Below, piece by piece: positions 18,801 through 28,795 of a stretch of DNA of 64,000 nt. A model generated the notes under the pieces. That model saw nothing but the letters and a program-made list of their open reading frames with translations, was not told the origin of the DNA and did no database searches. Position 1 is the first letter of the stretch. Each line of letters starts with the position of its first letter. Position numbers and translations under genes: made by a program. Source of the DNA: Gemmatimonadales bacterium (GTDB taxonomy: Bacteria; Gemmatimonadota; Gemmatimonadetes; Gemmatimonadales; GWC2-71-9); assembly GCA_035279865.1 (NCBI GenBank), contig DATEGY010000124.1, positions 136 through 64,135 on the forward strand, written 5' to 3'.

Positions 18801-19616
18801 CGCGGTATCGAGGGCGACGCGACTCAAGGTCGCGAGGTCGAACGGACGCGCGAGGGTCTTGGGCGTCCCGGGGACGAGACCGGCGACTGAGTCGGAGCTG
18901 AGCGCCTGACCACCGGCCGAGAGGGAGACGACGGCAGAGCTGGGTGGATTCTTGCCCCAGGTGGTGATGGTCGCACTCCCCGTTCCCAGCAGCGTGTCGT
19001 GCGACCACGTGACGGGCCCCGACAAACGCAGAGGGCCGGCCGCGACGGTCGAGGCCGGGAGGTTCCCCGGCTGCGCATCGGATGGACGCCGGTTGGTCGC
19101 GCGTATCGAATCGCCCACGACCCAGGCGCCGAATCCGAAATCCCCGCCGCGATTCACCACCTTGAGCAGGAGCGCGTTCCATCCCTTGGCGAGACGGACC
19201 TCGACGGTGTCGCGGTCGTGATCAACGCCGCGCGGCACGTCGTGATAGTGAATGCGCTGGCCATTCAGCCAGGCGAGGATGTCGTCGTCACTCGCCAGAA
19301 CCAGCGTGCGGCTCTCGTCTTTGGGGGCGAAGACATACGTGAAGGCGTAAACCACGGTGCGCTCTTTGGCGCCGCCGAACTCCTTGCCGAGGTCGTCGAT
19401 CCCGCTCGCCGGGATCGTCACCGGCCGCCATGTGTCCGACGAATCGGGGAAGGCAGCGCTCTCTCCTCCCAGATAATCGCGCGTCAGCCTCGCGGCTCCC
19501 GTGTCGGTGGAGACAGGGGTGGTGAGGAGCCAGGGACGAATCGCGATCGGGATCTGGGGAGTGGCGTGCGGTTGCTGGATGAGAAGAAGAAGGGCGGCGT
19601 TCAACGCAGGAATCAT
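15861..19616 (-). CDS. GH38 alpha-mannosidase with ~470-aa N-terminal extension and signal peptide
   Basis: VGNSHIDAAWLW, the WWLEADQNMPGGESL region and GVGDHGGGP are GH38 hallmarks. The N-terminus has a galactose-binding-like segment (GWNALLLKVVNRGGDFGF). Confidence 0.85.
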   Translation of the reverse strand: MIPALNAALLLLIQQPHATPQIPIAIRPWLLTTPVSTDTGAARLTRDYLGGESAAFPDSSDTWRPVTIPASGIDDLGKEFGGAKERTVVYAFTYVFAPKDESRTLVLASDDDILAWLNGQRIHYHDVPRGVDHDRDTVEVRLAKGWNALLLKVVNRGGDFGFGAWVVGDSIRATNRRPSDAQPGNLPASTVAAGPLRLSGPVTWSHDTLLGTGSATITTWGKNPPSSAVVSLSAGGQALSSDSVAGLVPGTPKTLARPFDLATLSRVALDTAATLATRMGVSTDVRIAPLDPAAVLALLDSRIQFANWNDHSTTLETRVTVPPAFAGLSVDLLAAEFGPTAQYSINGKAQTPGADGTLPLCSQCAAGDTLHITIVRDSTRPWWDHPRARVRDRSYSDFALDLTLLPALGDSSGSVPWPDARAWLTAMMTPDKATYRYLEKQASQSFAADSSLFARDTIHLVGNSHIDAAWLWRYTETVGVVEATWRTALKLEQKFPSMTFAASAAQYYDWLAQRAPGLLDSIRAAEHAGRWEAVGGWWLEADQNMPGGESLVRQGLYGQRYFQKLFGHRSKVAWTPDSFGYPWQMPQIWHELGMDFFVTQKIRWNDSTTFPYDAFRWKGRDGTTIFAYNPYGYDHDLDGATLAQQMRQDNARTGSAHHMLVLYGVGDHGGGPTAEMLDRRGDLGRLPAFPVLKDDRPTQALSSIRGARPMDKWPLWNDELYLEYHRATYTTQSWMKRRNRESETLLGTAEFLATVDPAPYPKDSLEHAWRQTLFNQFHDLLPGSGIHPIYLDAMATYDSVAAAGTAIRDRSVRDLAGRLDTRGRGVPVTVFNPSSWARTGFVAVPLTDALRGLSGSLVAADERGKTQPAVIRGDSLRCRATGVPSLGATVFWIRAGRIPDDRSFAGSRTHLENEFLSVDVDPKTGQIVHLYDRKAHHEAIADSGHANVLQLLVDEPAQWDAWNTGFTGKLWTIDSVKALRAGGDAVERWIEFEKPWNGTRITQRIVLRRGEPFLEIDNQIDWHERHKFLKAAFDWNVTADSATYEIGYGAIGQPTHPSTQAERAKYEHPGHRWGDLSDSAFGVSILNDSKYGWDTRGNRMRLSLLRSPLWPDSLADRGQQHFRYAIYPHAGGWQTGLTEREGQAFNVPMIAVATEAHTGAAGRSWSVAVPSEPDVYITSVKRAEDVPGLVLRVVEWHGKATTTTISFGRAVKRVRRANLLEDPGAALPLSADGRSVSLTLHPWEIATLLVE

Positions 19617-20176
19617 CAGAGCATCTCACGGGGTGATGGCGGACCGTAACGGTCTGCGGGCTGGTGAAGCTTCTCCCACTCCTCCCGGAAAGCGAAGGGG
19701 TCGAGACCGGAGGCCCGGTCCACGGCCAGGATGCCGTCCAGGTGGTCGATCTCGTGTTGCATCAGCTCAGCCATCGGTCCTTCCAGGGGCATGGTGTGCG
19801 TCTTTCCCTGGAGATCCTGGTACGTCAGCGTCGCCTGGTAGGCGCGCGTGACCCGGACATAGAGCTCGGGGAAAGAAAAGCAGTCGTCCCAGACCTGAAA
19901 GTCGTCGGGCCCCACGTCGGTAATCTCTGGATTGATCATGTTCCACCGCTCTTTCCCGATCTGCACGAAGACCACGCGGATTGGCGCACCGATCTGCGGG
20001 GCCGCCAGGGCCCGTCCCATTTTGAACTTCTTGCGGGCTTCGGAAAGGGTATCGCGGAGGTCGTCGATGACCAGGCGCACCGCGGCCGAGGATGGCTTTT
20101 CGACCATCTGGCAGCGGGCCCGGAGGATCGGGTCGCCAAGTTGGCGGATCCGGCGCACGGTCATGGGGGCCACCAA
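19616..20176 (-). CDS. def: peptide deformylase
   Basis: GRALAAPQIG and QHEIDHLDG motifs. The middle motif is DDCFSF rather than the usual EGCLS. Confidence 0.88.
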   Translation of the reverse strand: MVAPMTVRRIRQLGDPILRARCQMVEKPSSAAVRLVIDDLRDTLSEARKKFKMGRALAAPQIGAPIRVVFVQIGKERWNMINPEITDVGPDDFQVWDDCFSFPELYVRVTRAYQATLTYQDLQGKTHTMPLEGPMAELMQHEIDHLDGILAVDRASGLDPFAFREEWEKLHQPADRYGPPSPREML

Positions 20177-20221
20177 TGTGGCGATTTGGCGGGCTGGTGC
20201 AATACGGGGTAACGTAAGTCC

Positions 20222-20839
20222 ATGTCACTGGCGGGTATCGTGCTCGCGGCCGGCCGCTCTTCCCGGATGGGGTCCCCCAAGGCCCTCCTCGATTTCCGGG
20301 GGGAGCCCTTCGTGCTCCGGATCCTCGAGGCACTGGAAGCGCTCGACTTGAAGACGCGCTTGGTGGTGGTGGGGCCACGTCATGAGGCGAAGGACATCCG
20401 GGCCCTGCTGAGTCAGCACGATTGCCTGGTCATCGAAAATCAGGACATCGAGGGAGGCCCGATCGCCTCGCTTCGCGCTGGACTCGCTGCCGTTCATACC
20501 ATCCAACCGACTGGGGTGCTGGTCTGGCCCGTGGATCTGCCCCATGTCCGGGTCGACACCGTGGAACGGCTCGTGGACGTCTTTCGGCGGAACAGTCCAT
20601 TCGCGGTGGTCCCGCGCTTCGGGGCCCGACGCGGCCACCCGATTATCTGGGGGAGCGCCGCGTTCGCCGAGCTGGAAGCCAGCGACGCGGCGACGAAGGA
20701 CGGCGCCCGTGCCGTGTTGCACACTCACGTGGCTGAGGTCAGGGAGGTGCCGGTCGATGACCCCGCCGTCATCGACGATTTGAACACCCGCGAGGATTAT
20801 GAGCGATTGGTGCGGGAGATAAACCGTGACGCGTACTGA
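20222..20839 (+). CDS. MobA-like nucleotidyltransferase (molybdenum cofactor cytidylyl/guanylyl-transferase family)
   Basis: LAGIVLAAGRSSRMGSPKALL N-terminal NTP-transferase motif. Confidence 0.75.
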   Translation: MSLAGIVLAAGRSSRMGSPKALLDFRGEPFVLRILEALEALDLKTRLVVVGPRHEAKDIRALLSQHDCLVIENQDIEGGPIASLRAGLAAVHTIQPTGVLVWPVDLPHVRVDTVERLVDVFRRNSPFAVVPRFGARRGHPIIWGSAAFAELEASDAATKDGARAVLHTHVAEVREVPVDDPAVIDDLNTREDYERLVREINRDAY

Positions 20840-20921
20840 AGTTGGAAGGCTTGCCGAATCCCGAGTATTCAAGTAGGATTAAGCATCGCGCGCAACGCAA
20901 CTTAAGGCTGCCAAATCACTT

Positions 20922-22351
<1,430 letters not shown>

Positions 22352-22355
<4 letters not shown>

Positions 22356-23134
22356 GCAAGGGAAGCGGGAAGAGTGAAGCGGGAAGCGTGATGCTCGAAA
22401 TCAAGGGACTTCGGGCGACCGTCTCCGCCGACGCGAAGAAGGAGATCCTTAAGGGTCTCGACCTGACGGTCAAAGCCGGCGAGGTCCACGCCATCATGGG
22501 ACCCAACGGCTCGGGCAAGAGCACACTCGCCGCGGTCCTCGCAGGTCATCCGGCGTACACCGTCACGGGCGGCACGGTGACGTACCGCGGGAAGGACCTG
22601 CTCGACCTGGACCCCGAGGAGCGCGCGCGCGAAGGCGTGTTCCTCGCGTTTCAATACCCGGTTGCCATCCGCGGCATCACGAACTCCTACTTTCTGCGGT
22701 CGGCGCTCAACGCCATCCGGAAGCATCGGGGGCAGGAAGAGCTCGACCCTCTCGACTTCCTCTCCGTGCTCGAAGGGAAGCTCAAGCAGATCGGCTGGGA
22801 CGACAGCTTCCTGAATCGCGCGGTGAACGACGGGTTTTCGGGCGGCGAAAAGAAGCGCAACGAGATCCTCCAGATGGCGGTGCTCGAGCCGACGCTCGCC
22901 ATCCTCGACGAGACCGATTCGGGGCTCGACATCGACGCTCTGAAAACCGTCGCCGAGGCGGTGAATGCTCTGCGCCGGCCTGATACCGCGACGGTCGTCG
23001 TCACCCACTACCAGCGCCTCCTCAACTACATCGTGCCCGACCAGGTTCACGTCCTGGCGGGAGGCCGGATCGTCAAGTCGGGTGGCAAAGAACTGGCTCT
23101 GGAGCTGGAAGAGAAAGGCTACGTGGGCGTGTGA
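22352..23134 (+). CDS. sufC: Fe-S cluster assembly ATPase SufC
   Basis: Walker [10 protein letters not shown], signature FSGGEKKR, Walker [14 protein letters not shown] 22352 overlaps the sufB stop. ATG 22391 (MLEIKGL) is an alternative start. Confidence 0.95.
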
Positions 23135-24279
23135 ACTGGATTACCGAGCTCAGGGAGAAGGGCGCGGCCCGCTTCGCCGAAGTCGGATTCCCCACCACCA
23201 AACAAGAAGCCTGGCGGTTCACGGATGTCCGGCCTGTGGCGGAGACCTCTTACGGGAAAGCCACGTCCCGGTGGACGGTCGACGCGAATGGCGCGGAGGG
23301 CCTTGTAGTCGGCGACCTCACCAAGACCGGCGACGTCGCCCGGGCGCATCTGGGGCGGTATGCCGACCTGACGGCCAATCCGTTCACCGCCCTGGCCACC
23401 GCGTTTCTCGACGACGTCCAGGTCGTGTCGATCTCCGCAAAGACCGACGTGTCGTCGCCGATCCGGTTGGCGCACCGCTTCGAGGGGACGGGCGCCGTCA
23501 TGGCGACGCCTCGGGTCTTGATTGTGCTCGGTGACCAGGCCCGCGCGACCGTGATCGAGACCCACGAGGATTCGGGGATCGAAGCCTCCCTGTCCAACAG
23601 CGTGACGGAGATCGTCCTCGGGCAGGGCGCGACCCTCGACTACATCCGCGTCCAACGCGAAGGCGCGAAGACGAATCACATCGCCACGACCCAGTCCCAC
23701 CAGGGCCGTGACAGTGTGCTCCGGTCGACATCGATTGCGCTCGGCGCCGGCCTGACGCGCCACGACCTCGGGGCCGTGCTCGCCGGAACCGGTGCTTCCC
23801 TGACGCTCAACGGACTCTCCGTGCTCTCCGGGCGCCAGCATGTCGACTATCACACCACCATCGACCACGCCCAGGCGCACTGTGAGAGCCACGAGCTCTT
23901 CAACGGGGTGTTCGACCAGCAGGCCCGCGGCGTCTTCAATGGGCGGATCATCGTTCGGCCCGGCGCGCAGCGGACCGACTCGAAGCAGACCAACAACAAT
24001 CTTCTGCTCTCCGGCGAAGCGCGCGCGGACTCCCAGCCCCAGCTCGAGATCTACGCCGACGACGTGAAGTGCACCCATGGCGCCACCCTCGGCCCCCTGG
24101 ATCCGACGGCGCTGTTCTACCTGGTGAGTCGCGGGCTGTCGCCCCAGACGGCGAAGAGCCTCCTCACCTACGGCTTCGCGGCCGACGTCCTGACCCGCAT
24201 CGCCGTTGTCCCGGTCCGCGACGACCTGGATCGCGCCATTCGCAGCCGGCTCGGCGTGGAGGGTCTGGCGGCCGCATGA
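23131..24279 (+). CDS. sufD: Fe-S cluster assembly protein SufD
   Basis: Its position between sufC and sufS, and the C-terminal SufB/D-type beta-helix (LEIYADDVKCTHGATLGPLD). Confidence 0.9.
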   Translation: MNWITELREKGAARFAEVGFPTTKQEAWRFTDVRPVAETSYGKATSRWTVDANGAEGLVVGDLTKTGDVARAHLGRYADLTANPFTALATAFLDDVQVVSISAKTDVSSPIRLAHRFEGTGAVMATPRVLIVLGDQARATVIETHEDSGIEASLSNSVTEIVLGQGATLDYIRVQREGAKTNHIATTQSHQGRDSVLRSTSIALGAGLTRHDLGAVLAGTGASLTLNGLSVLSGRQHVDYHTTIDHAQAHCESHELFNGVFDQQARGVFNGRIIVRPGAQRTDSKQTNNNLLLSGEARADSQPQLEIYADDVKCTHGATLGPLDPTALFYLVSRGLSPQTAKSLLTYGFAADVLTRIAVVPVRDDLDRAIRSRLGVEGLAAA

Positions 24280-25526
24280 GTGCCAAGCCGGCCATCCGCT
24301 CCGCGTCCGCCTGGGATGTCGGCCGCATCCGGCGCGATTTCCCGATTCTCGGAACCCTGGCCCACGGCAAGCCGCTCGTGTACCTCGACAACGGCGCGAC
24401 CAGCCAGAAGCCGCAGGCCGTCATCGACGCCATCAGCCATTACTACGAATCGGGCAACGCCAACGTCCACCGCGGCGTCTACGCGCTGAGTGAGTCGGCG
24501 ACGGCGGCGTACGAAGGAACGCGTGCGAAGGTCGCGCGCTTCCTGAATGCCCGTGAAGACCGCGAGATCATCTACGTCCGGGGCACCACGGAGGCCATCA
24601 ACCTCGTGGCGTCGAGCTTCGGCAGACTGAAGGTGAAGGCCGGGGACGAGATTCTGGTCTCGGCCATGGAGCACCATTCGAACATCGTGCCCTGGCAGAT
24701 TCTGGCGGAGCAGTCGGGCGCTGCGTTGAAAGTCATCCCGATGAATGAGCGCGGCGAGCTCAAGCTGGACGAATACCGCAAGCTCCTGACGCCCCGGGCC
24801 CGGATCGTCGCGGTCGCGCATATCTCCAACTCCCTTGGCACCATCAACCCGATCAAGGAGATGGTGCAGCTGGCCCATGCGCAGGGCGTACCGGTGCTGG
24901 TGGACGGCGCCCAGGGTGCGCCGCATCTCGTCGTGGACGTCCAGGATCTCGACTGCGATTTCTACACGGTGTCCGGCCACAAAATGTTCGGCCCCACCGG
25001 AGTCGGCGTCCTGTACGGGAAGGCCGCGCATCTCGAAGCGATGCCTCCCTACCAGGGTGGCGGCGACATGATCCGGTCGGTGACCTTCGCGAAGACGACC
25101 TACGCGCCCATCCCCGCCAAGTTCGAGGCGGGTACGCCTGACATCGGCGGCGTGGTCGGTCTGGGTGCCGCGGTCGACTACCTGGAGGGGCTGGACCGGA
25201 AGCGAGCGGCCGCCCACGAGCAGGACCTGCTCGAGTACGCGACGAAAGCCCTGGGGACGGTACCGGGCCTCCGGATTGTCGGGACGGCCGCCCACAAGGC
25301 GAGCGTCATCTCGTTCGTGCTGGACGGCATCCATGCGCACGACGTAGGCACCATCGTGGATCAGGCGGGGGTCGCAATCCGGACGGGCCATCACTGCACG
25401 CAGCCGGTGATGGAGTTTTTCCAGGTCCCCGCCACCGCCCGGGCGTCCTTCGCTTTCTACAACACGCGGGACGAGGTGGACATCCTGGTGAAGGCCTTGA
25501 AGGGCGTGCGGAAGGTGTTCGGCTGA
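24276..25526 (+). CDS. sufS: cysteine desulfurase SufS (class V aminotransferase)
   Basis: FPIL...YLDNGATSQKP, SGHKMFGPTGVGVLYG (PLP lysine) and RTGHHCTQP (catalytic Cys). I chose ATG 24276 (ATGA overlap with sufD) rather than the track start at 24069. Confidence 0.92.
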   Translation: MSAKPAIRSASAWDVGRIRRDFPILGTLAHGKPLVYLDNGATSQKPQAVIDAISHYYESGNANVHRGVYALSESATAAYEGTRAKVARFLNAREDREIIYVRGTTEAINLVASSFGRLKVKAGDEILVSAMEHHSNIVPWQILAEQSGAALKVIPMNERGELKLDEYRKLLTPRARIVAVAHISNSLGTINPIKEMVQLAHAQGVPVLVDGAQGAPHLVVDVQDLDCDFYTVSGHKMFGPTGVGVLYGKAAHLEAMPPYQGGGDMIRSVTFAKTTYAPIPAKFEAGTPDIGGVVGLGAAVDYLEGLDRKRAAAHEQDLLEYATKALGTVPGLRIVGTAAHKASVISFVLDGIHAHDVGTIVDQAGVAIRTGHHCTQPVMEFFQVPATARASFAFYNTRDEVDILVKALKGVRKVFG

Positions 25527-25978
25527 TGGCGGACCTTACCGAGTTGTACCAGCAGACGATCGTCGAGCACAACCGGAGTCCCCGGAACTTCAAGACGCTC
25601 GATCACCCGACGCACCATGCCGATGGCAACAACCCCCTCTGCGGGGACCAGATCAGCCTTCAGTTGAAAGTGGACGGCGACGTGATCAAGGAAGTGGGCT
25701 TCCAGGGCTCCGGGTGTGCCATTTCCCGGGCCTCGGCTTCCCTGATGACCTCGGCCGTGATGGGAAAGACGTCCCGGGACGCGGAGCAGCTGTTCCAGGC
25801 CTTCCACGACATGGTGACGGGCGGGCCGAAGGCACCCGCCGATCCCACAGTGCTGGGCAAGCTCGCGGCATTCGCGGGGGTCAGGCAATTCCCTGCCCGG
25901 GTGAAGTGCGCGAACCTCGCCTGGCACACTCTGCACGCCGCCCTGCAGTCTGACGGAACCCCCATCAGCACCGAGTAA
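25526..25978 (+). CDS. sufU: SUF-system NifU-family scaffold / sulfurtransferase SufU
   Basis: NPLCGDQISL, GSGCAISRASASLMT and FPARVKCANLAW match the SufU signature. Confidence 0.88.
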   Translation: MADLTELYQQTIVEHNRSPRNFKTLDHPTHHADGNNPLCGDQISLQLKVDGDVIKEVGFQGSGCAISRASASLMTSAVMGKTSRDAEQLFQAFHDMVTGGPKAPADPTVLGKLAAFAGVRQFPARVKCANLAWHTLHAALQSDGTPISTE

Positions 25979-26065
25979 CTTCCCGCTGCGTTTCGCCGTA
26001 GAATTGGTCGCCGTTCTGGCCGTCCCGGCCGTCCCCTGACACCCGACACCCGGCCCCTGACACCC

Positions 26066-27022
26066 ATGGCTTCTCCCGTCGTCCAGCTCGACCACATCAC
26101 GAAGCGCTTCGCGGGCCATGTGGCCGTCGACGCGCTTTCCCTGCAGGTCCCCTCCGGGACGATCTACGGTCTCCTCGGCCCCAACGGCGCCGGGAAGAGC
26201 ACGTCGATCCGGATGCTGATGCACATCCATGTTCCGGACGAGGGCACCGTCCGCCTGTTCGGGGAGGATGGGAAGACCGGACGGGACCAGTCGGCCCGGA
26301 TCGGCTACCTGCCCGAGGAACGCGGGTTGTATCCCAAGATGCGGGTGCTCGACGTCCTGGTGTTTCTGGCCGAGATGAAGGGTGTGGAACGGCGGAAGGC
26401 GAGGGGCCTGGCGCTGCAGTGGCTGGAGCGGCTGGGGCTTTCGGACTGGCGCATGCGGAAGGTGAACGAGCTCTCGAAGGGCATGCAGCAGAAGGTGCAG
26501 GTCATCTCTACCCTGCTTCACGAACCCGATCTCCTCGTGCTCGACGAGCCCTTCTCCGGCCTCGATCCGGTCAATGCGCAGGTTCTGAAGGACACCGTGA
26601 TGGACTTGAGGAACAAGGGAAAGACGATCCTCCTGTCGACGCACATCATGGAGCAGGCGGAGCAGCTCTGCGACGGCGTGTGCATCATCGCCCGGGGAAA
26701 GAAGCTGGTGGACGGTCCCCTGGCCGAGGTGAAGCGGACCCACGGCGGCCGTCACGTACACGTGGCCTTCGACGGCGCGTCGGGGGATGCGGAGCGGCTC
26801 TTTGCCGATCCGAGGCTGGTGAAGAAAAAGGAAAGCACGGGCCAGTACGCCGAGCTCGAGCTGGCGACCGGCGCCGACGCCCAGGATATCCTCAAAGGCC
26901 TGGTCAATTCGGGCGCGCGCCTCGCGAAGTTCGAGCTCGCGGAGCCCTCGCTCAACAAGATCTTCGTGGATCTCGTGGGACCCGAAGCCGCGAAAGCCGC
27001 GGCGCAGCCGGAGGCCAAATGA
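26066..27022 (+). CDS. ABC transporter ATP-binding protein (ABC-2 / NatA-like)
   Basis: Walker A GPNGAGKST, signature LSKGMQQK, Walker B LLVLDEPFSGLD. Confidence 0.9.
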   Translation: MASPVVQLDHITKRFAGHVAVDALSLQVPSGTIYGLLGPNGAGKSTSIRMLMHIHVPDEGTVRLFGEDGKTGRDQSARIGYLPEERGLYPKMRVLDVLVFLAEMKGVERRKARGLALQWLERLGLSDWRMRKVNELSKGMQQKVQVISTLLHEPDLLVLDEPFSGLDPVNAQVLKDTVMDLRNKGKTILLSTHIMEQAEQLCDGVCIIARGKKLVDGPLAEVKRTHGGRHVHVAFDGASGDAERLFADPRLVKKKESTGQYAELELATGADAQDILKGLVNSGARLAKFELAEPSLNKIFVDLVGPEAAKAAAQPEAK

Positions 27023-28272
27023 ACAAGATCTTCGCGATCGTCCGGCGGGAATTCATCGAGCGGGTGCGCCAGCGCTGGTTCTGGGTGATGGCCCTCCTCG
27101 GCCCCGTGCTCTTCGGCGCGCTCTTCATCGTTCCATCCCTCCTGATGAGCAAGAGCAGCCTGAAGCACATCGTGGTGGTCGACGGGACCACGAACGGCTA
27201 CGGGGCGGCGGTGGTTACCCGGTTCGATCCGGCCAAGATCAAGGCGGTGCGGATCGGGGAGGCTCCGGGGCTGGTCGATTCCCTGACCCAGGCGGTCAGC
27301 GCCAAGACTTTGGATGGCTTCCTCATTCTGACCGATGCCGTGGTCGATTCCGGCAAGGCGGAGTACCGGGCGTCGAACGTGTCCGCTTTCACCACCATCG
27401 GCGAGATCGAGGGGACCCTCCAGCGGCTGACGTCCGACATTCGTCTGCGCCGGGAAGGAGTGGATTCGGCGGCGATCGCCCGGGCTCGGAGCGTGCGAGT
27501 GGATCTCGCGACCATGAAAATCGCCGGCGGGAAGGCCACGAACGAAAGCGCCGCCCAGTCGTTCTCCCTGGCCTACTTCATGGGAATCATCCTCTACATG
27601 GCGATCCTGCTGTACGGGATCAACGTGATGAGCTCGGTGCTGGAGGAGAAGACCAACCGGATCGTCGAAGTCCTGATCTCGTCGGTGAAGCCCTTCCAGC
27701 TGATGGCGGGCAAGGTGATCGGCGTGGGCGCCGTGTCCCTCTTTCAATTCGTGATTTGGGGCGTCCTCGGGCGCTCCGTGTTCCGGTACCGCCACGCCCT
27801 CGGCGCCGATGCGCCCGGGTCGGATCCCGGGATCTTCACGATGCCGCAGATCACGCCCGAAACGGCGGTGGTATTCCTGATCTACTTCATCGGCGGGTTC
27901 ATGCTCTATTCCGCCATGTTCGCGGCCGTGGGCGCCATGTCGTCCAACGAGCAGGAGGCCCGCCAGGCCCAGCAGCCCGTGTCCATGCTCCTGGTGTTGA
28001 GCTTCATCAGTATGTTCGGCATGCTCAACGATCCGAGCTCGACGTTCTCCGTGGCCCTGTCGATGATTCCGTTCACGGCGCCCATCGCGATGCCGGTGCG
28101 CTGGGCCGCGGGCAATCTGCCTCTCAGCGAGGTGGCGATCAGCGTCGCCATTATCGGGGTGTCCATTGTGGGAGTCACCTGGGTTGCCGCGCGGATCTAC
28201 AGAGTGGGGATTCTGATGACCGGAAAGAGGCCGAACCCGAAGGAGCTCCTTCGGTGGATACGGACGGCGTAG
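27019..28272 (+). CDS. ABC-2 type transporter permease (NatB-like)
   Basis: ATG 27019 overlaps the ATPase stop (ATGA). It has an N-terminal TM segment, a large extracytoplasmic loop and then about five C-terminal TM helices. Confidence 0.8.
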   Translation: MNKIFAIVRREFIERVRQRWFWVMALLGPVLFGALFIVPSLLMSKSSLKHIVVVDGTTNGYGAAVVTRFDPAKIKAVRIGEAPGLVDSLTQAVSAKTLDGFLILTDAVVDSGKAEYRASNVSAFTTIGEIEGTLQRLTSDIRLRREGVDSAAIARARSVRVDLATMKIAGGKATNESAAQSFSLAYFMGIILYMAILLYGINVMSSVLEEKTNRIVEVLISSVKPFQLMAGKVIGVGAVSLFQFVIWGVLGRSVFRYRHALGADAPGSDPGIFTMPQITPETAVVFLIYFIGGFMLYSAMFAAVGAMSSNEQEARQAQQPVSMLLVLSFISMFGMLNDPSSTFSVALSMIPFTAPIAMPVRWAAGNLPLSEVAISVAIIGVSIVGVTWVAARIYRVGILMTGKRPNPKELLRWIRTA

Positions 28273-28331
28273 GCAGACGGCTAGTGCGCAGGCAGACGGC
28301 GATAGACTAGACGCACAGACGCACGGATGGG
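28272..28331. repeat. left inverted-repeat arm of the four-helix-bundle gene cassette
   Basis: 28307-28331 CTAGACGCACAGACGCACGGATGGG pairs 24/25 with 28796-28820. Weaker complementarity extends outward to 28272. Internal direct repeats are AGGCAGACGGC x2 and AGACGCAC x2. Confidence 0.7.
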
Positions 28332-28408
28332 ATGAAGTTCGAGTAAACAGGGTACGTCATGCCGAAATCGGATGATGTACCCTGTTTGCTACCACCGCAT
28401 TTTCTCGC

Positions 28409-28789
28409 ATGCCTACTCACCACACACTGAAGGCTTGGCAACACTCGCAGCGACTCGCGGTCGAGTGCGTCAAAGCAGCGAACGGGTTCCCCGACCACGA
28501 GCAGCATGCCCTGGCAGATCAGCTCCGACGTTCGTGCTACAGCATTCCACTCAACATCGCCGAGGGAAATACGAGGAAGGGGACTCGAGACAACCGCCGA
28601 TTCCTGGATATCGCTTGGGGATCACTGGCCGAGGTTCAGACTGCCCTGAGCATCGCCCGGGATGTTGGCTACATCGAGCCCGCCGAGTTCGGGAGGCTAG
28701 AAGCTCTCGCAACCGAGACCAGCAAGACGCTGTTTGGACTTCTCAGGAAAGTCAGCGATCACGCGCAGAAAGTCCCCAGACCCAGATAA
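28409..28789 (+). CDS. four-helix-bundle protein (23S rRNA intervening-sequence protein / Avd-like family)
   Basis: LRRSCYSIPLNIAEGNTRKGTRDNRRFLDIAWGSLAEVQTALSIARDVGYI is the hallmark of this family. Confidence 0.8.
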   Translation: MPTHHTLKAWQHSQRLAVECVKAANGFPDHEQHALADQLRRSCYSIPLNIAEGNTRKGTRDNRRFLDIAWGSLAEVQTALSIARDVGYIEPAEFGRLEALATETSKTLFGLLRKVSDHAQKVPRPR

Positions 28790-28795
28790 CTGCAC

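Noticed and set aside
26419-27018. Long 5' extensions of track ORFs into the upstream gene. This one is the permease. The same occurs at 24069-24275 (sufS), 53413-53649 (proline dehydrogenase), 57129-57614 (amidohydrolase), 44051-44140 (PEP-CTERM), 44995-45357 (DUF481), 40248-40304 (DHS-like), 14313-15728 (thiC) and 37164-38456 (queG).
   Set aside because: In each case an internal ATG or GTG sits exactly at or next to the upstream stop codon (ATGA/GTGA) or after a Shine-Dalgarno sequence or riboswitch. The family homology or signal peptide begins there. The extension residues are Arg/Pro/Gly-rich read-through of the neighbouring gene.
28329-28341. GGGATGAAGTT near the left arm is complementary at about 12/13 to AAGTTCATCCC at 28861-28871, which overlaps the mnmG start.
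   Set aside because: The order of the segments is inconsistent with a simple extension of the cassette stem. The match is short and one partner is constrained by the mnmG start region. I treat it as probable coincidence.
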